DNA of 64,000 nucleotides from Dehalococcoidia bacterium (GTDB lineage Bacteria; Chloroflexota; Dehalococcoidia; SM23-28-2; RBG-16-64-32): NCBI GenBank assembly GCA_963665775.2, contig CAXXTF010000002.1, positions 683,255 to 747,254 of the forward strand, read 5' to 3'. Shown piece by piece: positions 60,587 to 64,000 of this stretch (position 1 is its first letter; each line of letters starts with the position of its first letter). The notes under the pieces were generated by a model. It saw only the letters and a program-made list of their open reading frames with translations, ran no database searches and was not told where the DNA came from. The position numbers and the translations under genes were made by a program.

Positions 60587-61669
60587 CTAACGCGGCGCCT
60601 TCCTCGTGTTCAGCCTCGCCTGCACCTTCCGCATAATCGCCACTTCCTCCAGCACCTCCGCCGCACCCCGGACCACACACGTCAGGGGCTCCTCCGACAC
60701 GTACACCGGGAACCGCGTCTCCTGGGCCAGTCGGCGGTCCAGTCCCCGCAACTGCGCCCCCCCTCCGGCCAGAACGATCCCTCGGCTCATGATATCCGCC
60801 ACCAGCTCCGGTGGCGTCATCTCTATCGTCTGTCGCACTCCATCCACAACGGCACTCACCGTGCCCGACAGCGCATCCCGGATCTCGACGCTACTCACCT
60901 CAACCGCCTTCGGCAACCCTGTGACCAGGTCGCGACCCCTCAATTCTACGGTGGTCTCCGGCTCCAGGGTATAGGCTGAGCCCGCCTCGATCTTCACATC
61001 TTCCGCCGTCCGCTCGCCTATCAGCATGTTGTGTGCCTGACGCGCGTAAGACACGATCTTCGCATCCATCTCGTCCCCCGCCGTGCGGATAGACGTAGCT
61101 ACCACAATGCCGCCCATGGAGATGACGGCCACCTCCGTCGTGCCACCCCCGATATCCACGATCATCGAGCCGCCCGGCTCCATCACCGGCAGGCCGGCCC
61201 CTATGGCCGCCGCCATCGGCTCCTCCACCAGATAGGCCAGCCGAGCGCCCGCGTTCAGCGCCGCTTCGTGCACGGCTCGCTTCTCCACCTCCGTGACGCC
61301 CGAGGGGATGCCTATCGATACCCGGGGCCGCGGCAGACCGAGTCCGAGACGGTCGTGCACGGAGCGGATGAAGTAGTGCAGCATCCTCTCAGTTACCGCG
61401 AAATCGGAGATGACCCCGTCCTGTAACGGCCGCACCGCCACGATATCCGCCGGCGTCCGCCCCACCATCCGCTTCGCTTCCGCGCCGATGGCCAGGATCC
61501 GCTTGTGGACGCGATCGATAGCCACCACAGACGGCTCATCTATGACGATTCCCCGGCCTCTGACCATCACCAAGGTGTTAGCCGTCCCCAGGTCTATGGC
61601 TAGGTCATGCGAAAACAGGCCCAACAGGGCGTTGACCGGATTCAGGGTTAACCTCTCCTCCCGCGGCAA
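60587..61669 (-). CDS. mreB: Rod shape-determining protein MreB (start codon uncertain, non-ATG)
   Basis: DLAIDLGTANTLV, VVAVRPL.DGVI, DIGGGTTEVAV, LAGGGAQLRGLD. The ORF begins with TTG 61669, but the SD GGGAGGAGAGG (61652-61662) lies inside it. CTG 61645 and TTG 61624 are alternatives. Confidence 0.9.
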   Translation of the reverse strand: MPREERLTLNPVNALLGLFSHDLAIDLGTANTLVMVRGRGIVIDEPSVVAIDRVHKRILAIGAEAKRMVGRTPADIVAVRPLQDGVISDFAVTERMLHYFIRSVHDRLGLGLPRPRVSIGIPSGVTEVEKRAVHEAALNAGARLAYLVEEPMAAAIGAGLPVMEPGGSMIVDIGGGTTEVAVISMGGIVVATSIRTAGDEMDAKIVSYARQAHNMLIGERTAEDVKIEAGSAYTLEPETTVELRGRDLVTGLPKAVEVSSVEIRDALSGTVSAVVDGVRQTIEMTPPELVADIMSRGIVLAGGGAQLRGLDRRLAQETRFPVYVSEEPLTCVVRGAAEVLEEVAIMRKVQARLNTRKAPR

Positions 61670-61685
61670 GGGCTGAACTTAGGCA

Positions 61686-61714
61686 ATTATAACCGACTAT
61701 ACCACCACCTGCAA
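61686..61714 (-). promoter_or_regulatory. Putative mreBCD-mrdA-rodA promoter (TTGCAG-17 nt-TATAAT on the minus strand)
   Basis: Reverse complement of 61709-61714 is TTGCAG and of 61686-61691 is TATAAT, with a 17-nt spacer. Confidence 0.5.
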
Positions 61715-61797
61715 AAGCTCTCCCCCTCGTCCAGATATAAAACGTCTCAACTGGGGCCAGCGCTACGCCCGCCTGCAATCAAATCCAGATTCGTCCC

Positions 61798-64000
<2,203 letters not shown>

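Overview
High-GC bacterial chromosomal window, mostly core housekeeping genes packed on both strands. Left to right:
- Partial NrtR-type regulator next to nadA-nadB-nadC.
- One IS1380-family element that splits a small conserved gene.
- Thiolase/DUF35 pair, purS and a methyltransferase.
- A hisZ-hisG-X-hisD-hisC-hisB operon.
- NfeD/SPFH pair, mazG, a vWA membrane protein, mscS, pcrA, maf and an rlmD-like gene.
- A NuoE/NuoF-like module followed by a glutaredoxin-thioredoxin-reductase fusion.
- An orphan proteasome-beta-like protein and tilS.
- A complete rRNA operon (16S-tRNAIle-tRNAAla-23S-tRNAfMet-5S).
- rpsA, clpC and radA.
- The mreB-mreC-mreD-mrdA-rodA operon, ligA and the start of hisH.

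I saw no CRISPR array, prophage or recognisable defence island.

The observations most worth follow-up:
1. A Zn-dependent PLC-like hydrolase is translationally embedded in the his operon. It is a candidate for the missing histidinol-phosphate phosphatase.
2. HisG is tandem-duplicated, with a degenerate N-terminal copy.
3. A NuoEF-like diaphorase lies next to a Grx-TrxR fusion that lacks the NADPH 2'-phosphate motif.
4. An orphan proteasome-beta homologue has Ser in place of the Thr1 nucleophile.
5. A palindromic repeat element is inserted in frame in pcrA.
6. The IS insertion has a fully reconstructable empty site.

All functional calls come from reading motifs in the translated ORFs. No database search was run. 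Many ORF-track entries are antisense or out-of-frame artefacts of the high GC content.
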